A DNA stretch of 64,000 bases from a virus. The position numbers and the translations under genes are program-made. Below the pieces are notes generated by a model. That model worked only from the letters and a program-made list of their open reading frames with translations, did not search any database and was not told the DNA's origin. How positions within the stretch are numbered: the stretch's first letter is position 1; the number at the start of each line of letters is the position of its first letter. Below, one piece after another: positions 55,836-64,000 of this stretch. The stretch covers positions 14,299 to 78,298 of IMG/VR virus record IMGVR_UViG_3300042520_000860, one strand, 5' to 3'.

Positions 55836-56747
55836 TCAAAGTGAAAAACAAAGGGTGCAAGCGGCGCAGTTCTTTGCGCGTTTGCTTGCGGGCGATGAGC
55901 ATACAGCCAATCGTTCAGGCAATGTTTCGGTTTTTGCATGCTCACGCATTTCTCCGAGCCCTTGGCGCAACGTCGCCAAGACTTGCTTGGCCGCCGACTC
56001 ATGCGGCGTAATCGAATACTCGCGGTAAGGCGACTCGCGCGGGCTAATGAAGTCCTTGGCCACATACATCACCCGCCCGCCAACTCGCAGACCAGTGGTG
56101 CGGCGCAAAAAGTCGACATACCCGTAGCACTGCATGACGTGGTCAAACTTAGGCCCCGTCAATTCGGTGAATCCGTCCTTCTTGATTGATTTGATTTCCA
56201 CTACCTCGTAGCCGCCATCCTCGGCGATGAACACGAGGTCGGGCGAACCAACCATACCAAGCTCGGAATCATGAAGCACTAACTCGCGGTAGGTTTCAAT
56301 CGGGCTGCCGCAGCAAGTACATTTCACAAACTCAGCACCAACGCCCTCACGGGTCGACTCGCCACATAGGCACTGCCAGTTGCCAATCACCCGATGCTTG
56401 CCATGCGCGCGGATGAACTGCTGCCGTACATGTGCCTCAGCCGCGCGGCCCAATGCCCAGACAATGCGCATCTGCGGCAATACATTTTCAAAGTGCTTTT
56501 GCTGATGACGTTGATTGATGAGATGCGCACGCGGGCACCAATCGCCATTGATGAGAGCCGACACGTGAACCAGTTCTCCACCAGCGCGTGACTGCTCAGG
56601 CTCGGAGTCCATCAACCGCACGCACTTTGAAACATACGATTGGTCAGTTGATTCAACATTATCGCTCGGCCATGAATGTCCAGCGGGTTTGACTTGGCGA
56701 GAACGTACGCCAGCTTTGACTTGTTTTAGGTTATTGAGTAAGGGCAT
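55836..56747 (-). CDS. Cas4-like PD-(D/E)XK exonuclease
   Basis: N-terminal CPR, GSPD, EIKS, QxxxY and C-terminal Cys cluster. Confidence 0.75.
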   Translation of the reverse strand: MPLLNNLKQVKAGVRSRQVKPAGHSWPSDNVESTDQSYVSKCVRLMDSEPEQSRAGGELVHVSALINGDWCPRAHLINQRHQQKHFENVLPQMRIVWALGRAAEAHVRQQFIRAHGKHRVIGNWQCLCGESTREGVGAEFVKCTCCGSPIETYRELVLHDSELGMVGSPDLVFIAEDGGYEVVEIKSIKKDGFTELTGPKFDHVMQCYGYVDFLRRTTGLRVGGRVMYVAKDFISPRESPYREYSITPHESAAKQVLATLRQGLGEMREHAKTETLPERLAVCSSPASKRAKNCAACTLCFSL

Positions 56748-56752
56748 CTGGT

Positions 56753-57115
56753 CTAATTTGCAGGGTTTGCAATCGCATCAAGCACCCATACAGGAACGAC
56801 CGCCACGGAAGATTCGGGCGTTCCAGTCTGGGAGAGAAATTCAATCACGAGCGCGGGAACTTCGCCAGCGCCAAGTGCGGCTTCTTCGATTTTTGTTACC
56901 ATCTCGCGGGTCACTGAGAAGGATTTGTTGGCCGTGGTCTTGCACTCAATACGCGCAACGGACTTAATCCGAACATCACCTTTCACATCGAGCGCGCCGC
57001 TGGCAGGGGTGGTCTTGCCTCCAAGCCGCGCCGCAATCTCGCGCTCTTGCACGGGACTGCGGTGATGGGCAACGGTGCGAACGCCAAGCAGTCGTTTGGG
57101 TTTACTCAGCGGCAT
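56753..57115 (-). CDS. small PD-(D/E)XK nuclease (Hjc-like)
   Basis: QERE, SGA, KGD, IECK motifs. Confidence 0.7.
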   Translation of the reverse strand: MPLSKPKRLLGVRTVAHHRSPVQEREIAARLGGKTTPASGALDVKGDVRIKSVARIECKTTANKSFSVTREMVTKIEEAALGAGEVPALVIEFLSQTGTPESSVAVVPVWVLDAIANPAN

Positions 57116-58313
57116 CGACGTCATCGGGTAAAGGATCGATTGTACTAGCTTCGCCAATCAACGAAAGATCAAGCTCAACGTGAGGGGCAATAAGGTAACC
57201 ATCTGGCGGCAACGCTGGCATTCCTTTAGACAATCGCTGCGCAGCAATCAAGTACGCTTTCATCGTTTCAAACAAATCAGGTGATTGCTTGAAGAACTCG
57301 ATGATGTCGTCATGCTTTGGAAAGAACTGGTCGGTGATGATTGGCAAACGGTACTTTCCACCGCCTCCAGCCAGTAGGCCAAACTTTTTGGCAAAGGTGA
57401 TGACCGTCTTGAAATCATCGAAGTCCCCTTGAGCTAAGTGCTCGTCCTTGTCAGGGTTGATGACCATTTGAAACTGGCCGCTACGAATTGACGAGCCATG
57501 CTTAGCTTTGGTGATTTTGAAAGTGTGATCGTTCAAATCTACGACTTCATTGCCAACCGCGTCCTCGCCCATCACCTCGCTGTTTTTGACCTCAATCTTA
57601 GTTGAAGGCATGTGGTTGATCTGTCGGCCTCCGGGCAATGTGCGCGGATCGCCAAATACTAAACCAACCTTTGAGCGGAACTGATTGATGATAATCACGG
57701 TCACGCGATGATTGCGCCTACGCTCTTTGCCCCAAGCGGTGAGTATCTTCGAGCAAAAGATCCCCATTAGCCGCGCCAACACCGCCATCGTTTGATCCTC
57801 GGCACTGCGGTCAACGATTGCCTTTGGAACGCAGCCGGGTATCGAATCCATGACGACCATGCCAACTTCAATCGGTTCCATTGCGGCGGCCATCAAGTCA
57901 ACTGCCTCTTCACCAGTCGCCGGATGAACAATGTGCAAACGCTTCAGGTCGCAGCCTAGCTTGGCAGCCCAGTCAGGATCAAACATTGACTCGGTATCAA
58001 CCCAGACCGCGAGCTTGTTCGGGTACTTGCGTTGAAACGCCGCCACCGACTTGAGCGTCATGGTGGTTTTGCCAGAGGACTCCAAGCCGTAAATCATGGT
58101 CGCAAAGCCTTCAGGTATTCCACCCATCAAAGCAAAGTCGAGCGTGAACGCGCCAGTTGGGATGCAACAGGCGGGAGGAATGACATTGGCGGGAAGGATT
58201 ATCTTTTCGCCACGATCTTTTTCAATCTGCGCAAGCAGCTTGGAAAACTCAGTCTCATCAGAGCGACGACGAACTGGTTCTTCAACTTTTGCTATTTTTC
58301 TTCGAGTAGCCAT
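57102..58313 (-). CDS. recA: RecA/UvsX-like recombinase
   Basis: GGIP, GLESSGKTT, DTE, VMDS, INQFR, PGG; start at MATRRK. Confidence 0.92.
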   Translation of the reverse strand: MATRRKIAKVEEPVRRRSDETEFSKLLAQIEKDRGEKIILPANVIPPACCIPTGAFTLDFALMGGIPEGFATMIYGLESSGKTTMTLKSVAAFQRKYPNKLAVWVDTESMFDPDWAAKLGCDLKRLHIVHPATGEEAVDLMAAAMEPIEVGMVVMDSIPGCVPKAIVDRSAEDQTMAVLARLMGIFCSKILTAWGKERRRNHRVTVIIINQFRSKVGLVFGDPRTLPGGRQINHMPSTKIEVKNSEVMGEDAVGNEVVDLNDHTFKITKAKHGSSIRSGQFQMVINPDKDEHLAQGDFDDFKTVITFAKKFGLLAGGGGKYRLPIITDQFFPKHDDIIEFFKQSPDLFETMKAYLIAAQRLSKGMPALPPDGYLIAPHVELDLSLIGEASTIDPLPDDVDAAE

Positions 58314-58317
58314 AATG

Positions 58318-58671
58318 TTAGCGGTCAGTGGCTCCTTCCTCTCCAAGCGCCGCACGTCGCTCTTGCTCAATGAACTCTTGCACCAGTTTCGATGCGCGTT
58401 CAGCCGTTTGCTTGATCGACTGGTCATCATTCGCGCACGGCAAACTGACACGCGCGTCAATCCGCAACGATTCAAAGTTGCCTAAGTTTTCAGTGAGTCC
58501 GGCTCCGATTGAAACATACGCCGGATCGGCTGGCAAATTATCGGTGCGGATGTAATCAACCTTTTGCTTGGCCGCTACGGTTTCTTTGCCGACTTTGCGT
58601 TCTACTGAGGTATGGACTTTGCCGTCATCTTCGGCGGCGACAATTCGTTTTCTTGGTCTGGTCGTATTCAT
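58318..58671 (-). CDS. conserved hypothetical protein
   Basis: TENLGNFESLRID motif. Confidence 0.65.
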   Translation of the reverse strand: MNTTRPRKRIVAAEDDGKVHTSVERKVGKETVAAKQKVDYIRTDNLPADPAYVSIGAGLTENLGNFESLRIDARVSLPCANDDQSIKQTAERASKLVQEFIEQERRAALGEEGATDR

Positions 58672-58688
58672 ATCTGGGGGTGGTTAAG

Positions 58689-59285
58689 TTATTTGAGCGT
58701 ACTGGTTTTTGCAAGCTGCTTGATGGCTAACTTGCTGGTTTCAAGGAAATGCGCTTTATCAGTTTTAAGGTGCAAGGCAATCAATTCAGCCATCGCTACG
58801 GCTTGCGCCGCAGAATAAACCTTGTTGGCTCGGTTGTCTTGGTCAAGCCAAGGGGGCGCTGGTAACTTACCCGTGCGAACCCAATCACGTACCAATGAGG
58901 AATCGCGCGAAATGAGTTGAGAGAAGTCATAAATAGTAAGCGTCGCCATTTGCCGTGGGCGTGACCTTTTATGAAAACGGTTGGTCACATTCCGCCATTG
59001 AGCAAACTTATCAATCGAAAAGACGTTCTTGCGGATCAAGCGAGTGTACGCGTCAACGTCCTCTTGCTTGTTTTGCGCGGCGTATGCTTTAGCACGTTCA
59101 ATACAGTCGATCCGATACGTTTTATCTTTTTTGTATTTTCTACGGCGATTTTCTTTGTATTCGTCACTGGTGCAATAAGCGGCCATGCGTTTGCGTCGCG
59201 CTTCGATGCGTTCTTCTTCATTTGCGTACAATGGCTTGCGGCCTCGTTTCTTTGGCTGTGGTTTGATGTCAGTCTGCGGTTTCAT
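58689..59285 (-). CDS. basic protein with C-terminal winged-HTH-like region
   Basis: RGRKP; LVRDWVRTGKLPAP...VYS. Confidence 0.6.
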   Translation of the reverse strand: MKPQTDIKPQPKKRGRKPLYANEEERIEARRKRMAAYCTSDEYKENRRRKYKKDKTYRIDCIERAKAYAAQNKQEDVDAYTRLIRKNVFSIDKFAQWRNVTNRFHKRSRPRQMATLTIYDFSQLISRDSSLVRDWVRTGKLPAPPWLDQDNRANKVYSAAQAVAMAELIALHLKTDKAHFLETSKLAIKQLAKTSTLK

Positions 59286-60712
59286 GATAAGATTGTTACT
59301 TTTGATTTTTGATACTCGCGCATCCGCGCGCGAGCAAAGCCTTCAAATAGCGGCAAGCCTTGGTCGATAATAGTCAGCCATATCGGCATCCGTTTGTTAG
59401 GAAGCGGGCGGCGAATCCGGCCAATAGCTTGAATACCATCGGCACGTGGCGTGGCGTCGATTCCTGCATCCAAGCGAGGAATGTTCACGCCTTCCTTCAT
59501 CATCGAGTAAGTGGCAAGGATGACTGAGTACTTCGGATCATCGCGCACCGCAGTCAGATAGCCTTGACCTGTTTGCTTGCGTTTGCCGCCAGCCATGTAA
59601 CTGCCAACGAACAAACCAATCTCGTCTTTGATGCCGCGCTGGTTAAGTAGCGTTTGCAAGGTTTGCAAATGTTCAATGCGGTCGGATAGCACCAGTACAT
59701 TGCGGCCATCCTTATGCAAGGCTTTGACATGATCGGCAATCAGGCGGTTTCTACCATAGCTCTTGCTGACTACTTTCAGCAGTACTGGCAGTGGCGCAGA
59801 CTTGATTTTGGAGTAAAAGGGATCGCTATGATAAAGCACGCGGCATTCGCAAGGCAAGGCATCACCGTTCAAGCGCACGCTGACAGGGCCAAAGCAGTTG
59901 TGAACCATACCCATGCAGCCATCCTTGCGCGTAGGCGTAGCCGTTGCGGCGATGCGATACCGCGCACGGAACAAAGGCATGGTCTTGGCAAACTCAGGCG
60001 CACCTAAGCGATGCGCCTCATCCCAACACACGGTGCCAAAGTAGTCGTAAAAATCGGAAGTGAACTCTTTCTGGAAAAGATTGTGAATGACAGCGATCAC
60101 TAGCTTGCGGCCTTTCCAGTTGGCCACGCTGCCTTGCAGTAAGCCGATTTCGTCAAGCGTCAGGCCAAGGTGCTTGATCGCCTCTTCTTTCCATTGCTCG
60201 GCTAATGCTTTTGATGGGACTACGACAAGCGCAGTTTTGCCAAGCAAACCAATAGCGTTAAGCATAGCCACGGTCTTACCGCTTCCAGTCGGCGCTTCAA
60301 TCAGCGCGGTGATGTTTTGTTTGACTTGCCGGATGATCGCGTCAAAAAAGTCAGCTTGGCCTTCCGCCGCATTCGGATGGTGCGGATCGGGTAGTTTCGC
60401 GGGCGACCAGTCATTGCCATACACAAACGAAGTAGTCGGAAGTTGCGAAGGGTATTTGTACTTGAGGTAATTCCAACCCCACCAAAACGGCACTGAGACC
60501 GTTCGCGTAGCGTGATCGGTGAAGTACTGAATGATAGGTTCAGGTTTTTCAGCCTCACCGCCAAACGATAACGAGCCAACCTTGGGGGTGACGGTCAACT
60601 CATCGGAGAGGCGGAATTTGTCAGACTCACCAACGACATCGAAACACATTGACACCATCGCTCCGGCTGAAGCGTGGGACTTGATGTCAAAGGTTTCGAT
60701 GCGTTGGTTCAT
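59282..60712 (-). CDS. SF2 DEAH-box helicase
   Basis: APTGSGKT, DEAH, TATP, EGVNIP, QAIGRIRR. Confidence 0.92.
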   Translation of the reverse strand: MNQRIETFDIKSHASAGAMVSMCFDVVGESDKFRLSDELTVTPKVGSLSFGGEAEKPEPIIQYFTDHATRTVSVPFWWGWNYLKYKYPSQLPTTSFVYGNDWSPAKLPDPHHPNAAEGQADFFDAIIRQVKQNITALIEAPTGSGKTVAMLNAIGLLGKTALVVVPSKALAEQWKEEAIKHLGLTLDEIGLLQGSVANWKGRKLVIAVIHNLFQKEFTSDFYDYFGTVCWDEAHRLGAPEFAKTMPLFRARYRIAATATPTRKDGCMGMVHNCFGPVSVRLNGDALPCECRVLYHSDPFYSKIKSAPLPVLLKVVSKSYGRNRLIADHVKALHKDGRNVLVLSDRIEHLQTLQTLLNQRGIKDEIGLFVGSYMAGGKRKQTGQGYLTAVRDDPKYSVILATYSMMKEGVNIPRLDAGIDATPRADGIQAIGRIRRPLPNKRMPIWLTIIDQGLPLFEGFARARMREYQKSKVTILS

Positions 60713-60748
60713 CTTTTGTTTTACTTGGGCTGGGTCAAGTAAAAGGGT

Positions 60749-61702
60749 TTACCATGGCGCGTTGTCGGCGCGACGACGCTTGCGTGGAGAAGGTTCGGAT
60801 TCTTCCGGCGAGTTGTCCGACCCTGATGCGGCTTCATCTTCAAATGGAATCGAATCGCTAGGCTCATCCTCTTGAGCCGCTCGACGGCGTCGCGGCGGGC
60901 CACTAGGCGCGGCTGGCGCGTGATCGGTTTGACTATCATCGTCATACGCTTTGCGGCTTCCAGCCATTGGACGACCGCCGAATCGTTTTGCAAGGTCATC
61001 GGGATCGGGGCGCGGGAAAAGCTCAGCATAGTCGAAGGGCTCAAGATCACCGTTCGCAGGTTTGATGATTTTTCCATCACGATTCTTGATCGGCGGATGG
61101 CCATACTCTTTCACAAGCTCGGCTTCGGGGATCATGTCAAACAGTTTGCCATTCTCAAGCATCACGGGCTCACCAATCGCAACCGATTGATCGCCACCGC
61201 CACGACGCATGACAAGGTACATGCCGCGCATGGTTCCGCATTCGCGATGCGACGCTTTCTGCAAATCAAGGAAGCGTTCCTTCTGGCCAAGTTTGATTGG
61301 CAGCAGCATCCGTGAGTATGCGTGTTCCTCACCAGTCTTTTTATTAGTCCATGGCTTCAAGACCAATGCGGTCATCATCACGACATGGTAGGCGGGGCCG
61401 TAGCCTTCCGTGCCTGCCTTATCGCAAAGCGGGCATGGCGCGAAATCGGCGCAGCATGATTCATTGAGTGACCACTTGCCGTCTGGGCCTTTAAGGTTGT
61501 GTTCGCGGATCAACGCACCACCAACTCCGGGCTCATCACTTACGAACGCAGAATCCAGCAGAACGATTTCAATCTCTTCGTTACGAGGCACCCAAAAGCG
61601 CAGTGGCATGTAGCCACGGTCTTTTCTCGACTGCTGTTCTTGTTCGGCTTTGTTCAATGCTTCCATTGCGGAAGCTCCTTGCTTTATCCATCCTGTACTC
61701 AT
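60749..61702 (-). CDS. single-stranded DNA-binding protein (gp32-like)
   Basis: RFW, H...C...CPLC zinc motif, acidic tail with IPF. Confidence 0.65.
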   Translation of the reverse strand: MSTGWIKQGASAMEALNKAEQEQQSRKDRGYMPLRFWVPRNEEIEIVLLDSAFVSDEPGVGGALIREHNLKGPDGKWSLNESCCADFAPCPLCDKAGTEGYGPAYHVVMMTALVLKPWTNKKTGEEHAYSRMLLPIKLGQKERFLDLQKASHRECGTMRGMYLVMRRGGGDQSVAIGEPVMLENGKLFDMIPEAELVKEYGHPPIKNRDGKIIKPANGDLEPFDYAELFPRPDPDDLAKRFGGRPMAGSRKAYDDDSQTDHAPAAPSGPPRRRRAAQEDEPSDSIPFEDEAASGSDNSPEESEPSPRKRRRADNAPW

Positions 61703-61998
61703 ATTAGTGTTGTTGTTTGTTTATGTTCGATGCCCACCTGCGGGCGTTTTTTCCAATGACTCTTTGTGAGTCGGGAAATCAGTAGCAGCACGTTGCGACC
61801 AGTGATGATGTCGCATCCGGCGTTAATCAAATCAAGTAGTGCGACTCCGCGCGCGGGCATAAGTAGCGAGGCCATACCTTCAACAGCAATCAATCTTTGC
61901 CCGTCTTCAAGCAAGATAAACCAAACCTTCGTCGGCTGGTTTGACATGCTTGTGACTTGCGCCTCGATCACTGAGGCTTTGCTTGTATCGTGGTTCAT
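61699..61998 (-). CDS. hypothetical protein
   Basis: ATGA overlap with SSB gene. Confidence 0.5.
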   Translation of the reverse strand: MNHDTSKASVIEAQVTSMSNQPTKVWFILLEDGQRLIAVEGMASLLMPARGVALLDLINAGCDIITGRNVLLLISRLTKSHWKKRPQVGIEHKQTTTLI

Positions 61999-62012
61999 TG
62001 TCTGGTGCAGTT

Positions 62013-62041
62013 AATTTAATACATGCTTTTACTTTTTGCAA
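62013..62041 (-). promoter_or_regulatory. promoter candidate
   Basis: TTGCAA-N17-TAAATT in AT-rich gap. Confidence 0.5.
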
Positions 62042-62049
62042 ATTCTTTT

Positions 62050-63066
62050 TTATGATTGTTCATAATCATACGACAGCATGCGCTCGACTTCATCAAAAGT
62101 CAGATCGTCTAACTCGTTGGTGCGCTCAGGATAAAGGCAGATCATCGTCGGCAAGTGTTCTTTGAGCTTATCTACCGCCCCGCCGCCAAGATAAGCGCCT
62201 CGCGTTTTATCCCATGCGCCATACAAGCCTTGCGAGCCAGCCGCGTCATCGTCAAACAAGAGGTAAATCGGTCGGTCGTATCCAATCAACGCATCACGCT
62301 GCGCCGAGGATAATGACGAACCCATGATCGCGACTGGATTGCAAAGTTTGCAAATCCCGATTTCAATCAAATGCGCCAAACCGAATAGCCCTTCAACGGC
62401 TAGGATTGGTTTATCGTCGTCAATCAACTGCTCGCCAAGCAGCCTGTACTCTTTTTTGAGGCCAGCGTAGTTCTTCACTTTCGGAATCCTTTCATCGCGC
62501 AAATCATCCGGCACGATCGAACGCCCCGTGAAGCCGTAAAGCAGTCGCGCGTGATCGAATACGGGAAATAGAATCCGCTTTGCCTCAGGATCATAGCGCA
62601 ACTGCAAGCGCGTGGCAGTCGCTTCACTTACTCCACGCGACGCAAGGTAGATAATCGCATCAGCGAACTCAACCGCGCTTGGATACATCGACAGATAAAC
62701 TAAATCGTTGATCGGTTCCGGCAAGTCGTCCAGCAGGTCTGCGTCGGACGGTTCAAACTCACCGAAGCGTTCTGGCACTTCCATCACCGTTGCTTGCAAG
62801 GCGAGGTGGTTGTAGTCTTTGTCGCGATAGTAGCCAAGCTGATTGACCAATGCGCGTACCCCGCCATGCTGTTTGCACGTGAAGCAATGGAATCCACTGG
62901 GGCCATCAGCATTCGCCCGAACATAAAACGATGGCTTGCGGTCAGTGCCTTTTGCGTGAAGAAACTCAGCAAACGGACAACGCGCCAGCAACCAACCGCT
63001 AGGGTTTTTGTCGGTGACTTCGATGTCGAGCTTCAGCAGTAAGCGGCGTAGATCGTACTCTTTCAT
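62050..63066 (-). CDS. DNA primase (Zn finger + TOPRIM)
   Basis: CPF..H, PSF, CFTC, YLASRG, GR, VEG, FDDDAAG. Confidence 0.88.
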   Translation of the reverse strand: MKEYDLRRLLLKLDIEVTDKNPSGWLLARCPFAEFLHAKGTDRKPSFYVRANADGPSGFHCFTCKQHGGVRALVNQLGYYRDKDYNHLALQATVMEVPERFGEFEPSDADLLDDLPEPINDLVYLSMYPSAVEFADAIIYLASRGVSEATATRLQLRYDPEAKRILFPVFDHARLLYGFTGRSIVPDDLRDERIPKVKNYAGLKKEYRLLGEQLIDDDKPILAVEGLFGLAHLIEIGICKLCNPVAIMGSSLSSAQRDALIGYDRPIYLLFDDDAAGSQGLYGAWDKTRGAYLGGGAVDKLKEHLPTMICLYPERTNELDDLTFDEVERMLSYDYEQS

Positions 63067-63272
63067 CCAATCATTTTGAATTGTTCGATTTTCTGGAAGG
63101 TCTTCGGATCGACGTGAACCACGTAGCCATGCAAGCCGTGGTGCATCGCCATCGCTTCCTCTTCGTCAGTTAGGTTAGTTTCTTGCCAGCTTGGTGGAAG
63201 ACCTTGCGGGTGAACAATGATCCTTGGGCCTTGCTGACAAAAATTTTCGAGTCTGTATGCGCGTGCTTTCAT
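63063..63272 (-). CDS. hypothetical protein
   Basis: ATGA overlap with primase. Confidence 0.55.
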   Translation of the reverse strand: MKARAYRLENFCQQGPRIIVHPQGLPPSWQETNLTDEEEAMAMHHGLHGYVVHVDPKTFQKIEQFKMIG

Positions 63273-63275
63273 AGG

Positions 63276-63557
63276 TTAGGAATCTCCATTCTGGTAAAGG
63301 AACTCTTCAAAGTTTTCGATGCTTCCATCACTAATTTCAATAGTGGAAAAGCCATAATTTTCTTTAACGGACATTGCGATGTCAGTACCTTCAATCAAGT
63401 CGATACCGGGGTGGTCACCCGTCTTAAAGTGATACCAGTCATAGATGCACTCGGCAGACACCGTAGGGTTATCTTTAATAAAAGATAAAAGCTCATCTTT
63501 GAAGCTGTCATCAACATCAAACTCATTCCAACAAGTCACTTTGTATGCTACTTTCAT
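63276..63557 (-). CDS. acidic hypothetical protein
   Basis: 93-aa ORF. Confidence 0.55.
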   Translation of the reverse strand: MKVAYKVTCWNEFDVDDSFKDELLSFIKDNPTVSAECIYDWYHFKTGDHPGIDLIEGTDIAMSVKENYGFSTIEISDGSIENFEEFLYQNGDS

Positions 63558-63568
63558 TTTATGGATAG

Positions 63569-63871
63569 TTAGTGTGTAAGCTCAAACTCGCCTTGTACGA
63601 TACCAGTAGGCTGTACGAGCATATTTATCCTGTACAAGAACTCGCGCTTATCTCCATCACGCATGACCTCGACTTCGATACCTTTTCCGCGCAAGTCCCT
63701 AAGACGCCTAAGCCCTTCGCGCTGGCCAGTCACTTCAATGATTTCGGTGGCTGTATGCCATGCGCCGTCTGACATAAGATCAAGGATTCTTTTCTTGGCT
63801 TTTGAAAAATCCGATAAGTCGTGGTCAGTTATGACGTCAACGCCGCCAAGTTTTGAAATTTCTTTGCTCAT
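63569..63871 (-). CDS. winged-HTH-like protein
   Basis: ILDLMSDGAWHTATEI...RRLRDLR..G. Confidence 0.6.
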   Translation of the reverse strand: MSKEISKLGGVDVITDHDLSDFSKAKKRILDLMSDGAWHTATEIIEVTGQREGLRRLRDLRGKGIEVEVMRDGDKREFLYRINMLVQPTGIVQGEFELTH

Positions 63872-64000
63872 AGTTTTTTTTTTGTTGTTTGGGTTTATGC
63901 TCTGTCCATATCGACTAGCTCATCATAGCTGAGGCCGAACTCTTCTTCAGCAAAGCGGTAAATGTCCTCACTGGTTTGATTGATGTCAGAATCAGAGGTG

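Noticed and set aside
55836-56747. Cas4-like gene as part of a CRISPR-Cas system
   Set aside because: No other cas genes or array; solo Cas4-like nucleases are common in phage recombination modules.

Overview
A 64-kb segment of a tailed dsDNA phage genome (Caudoviricetes: HK97-type head, long tape measure, no tail sheath seen). Almost all genes are on the minus strand. In transcription order (right to left) it carries: replication/recombination genes (primase, SSB, SF2 helicase, RecA, Hjc-like and Cas4-like nucleases, RuvC); an accessory region (MazG-like, ArdC, DenV-like, ATP ligase, DUF3310, many small ORFs); a ParB/glycosyltransferase/UDP-galactopyranose-mutase/sulfotransferase cluster next to the terminase; head genes (GroES, portal, MuF fused to ADP-ribosyltransferase and zincin domains, protease, capsid); tail genes; and lysis genes. 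Three signals stand out. (1) A 15-bp motif, TTGCAA-N3-TTGCAA, occurs at least 15 times exactly and at least 9 times with one mismatch, in all reading frames and next to promoters. (2) A packaging-linked glycosylation cluster would supply UDP-galactofuranose but has no visible TET/JBP or methylase. (3) A ~200-bp promoter cassette is present three times. Protein calls come from motif recognition by eye with no database search. Motif counts are manual minima. The host is unknown.
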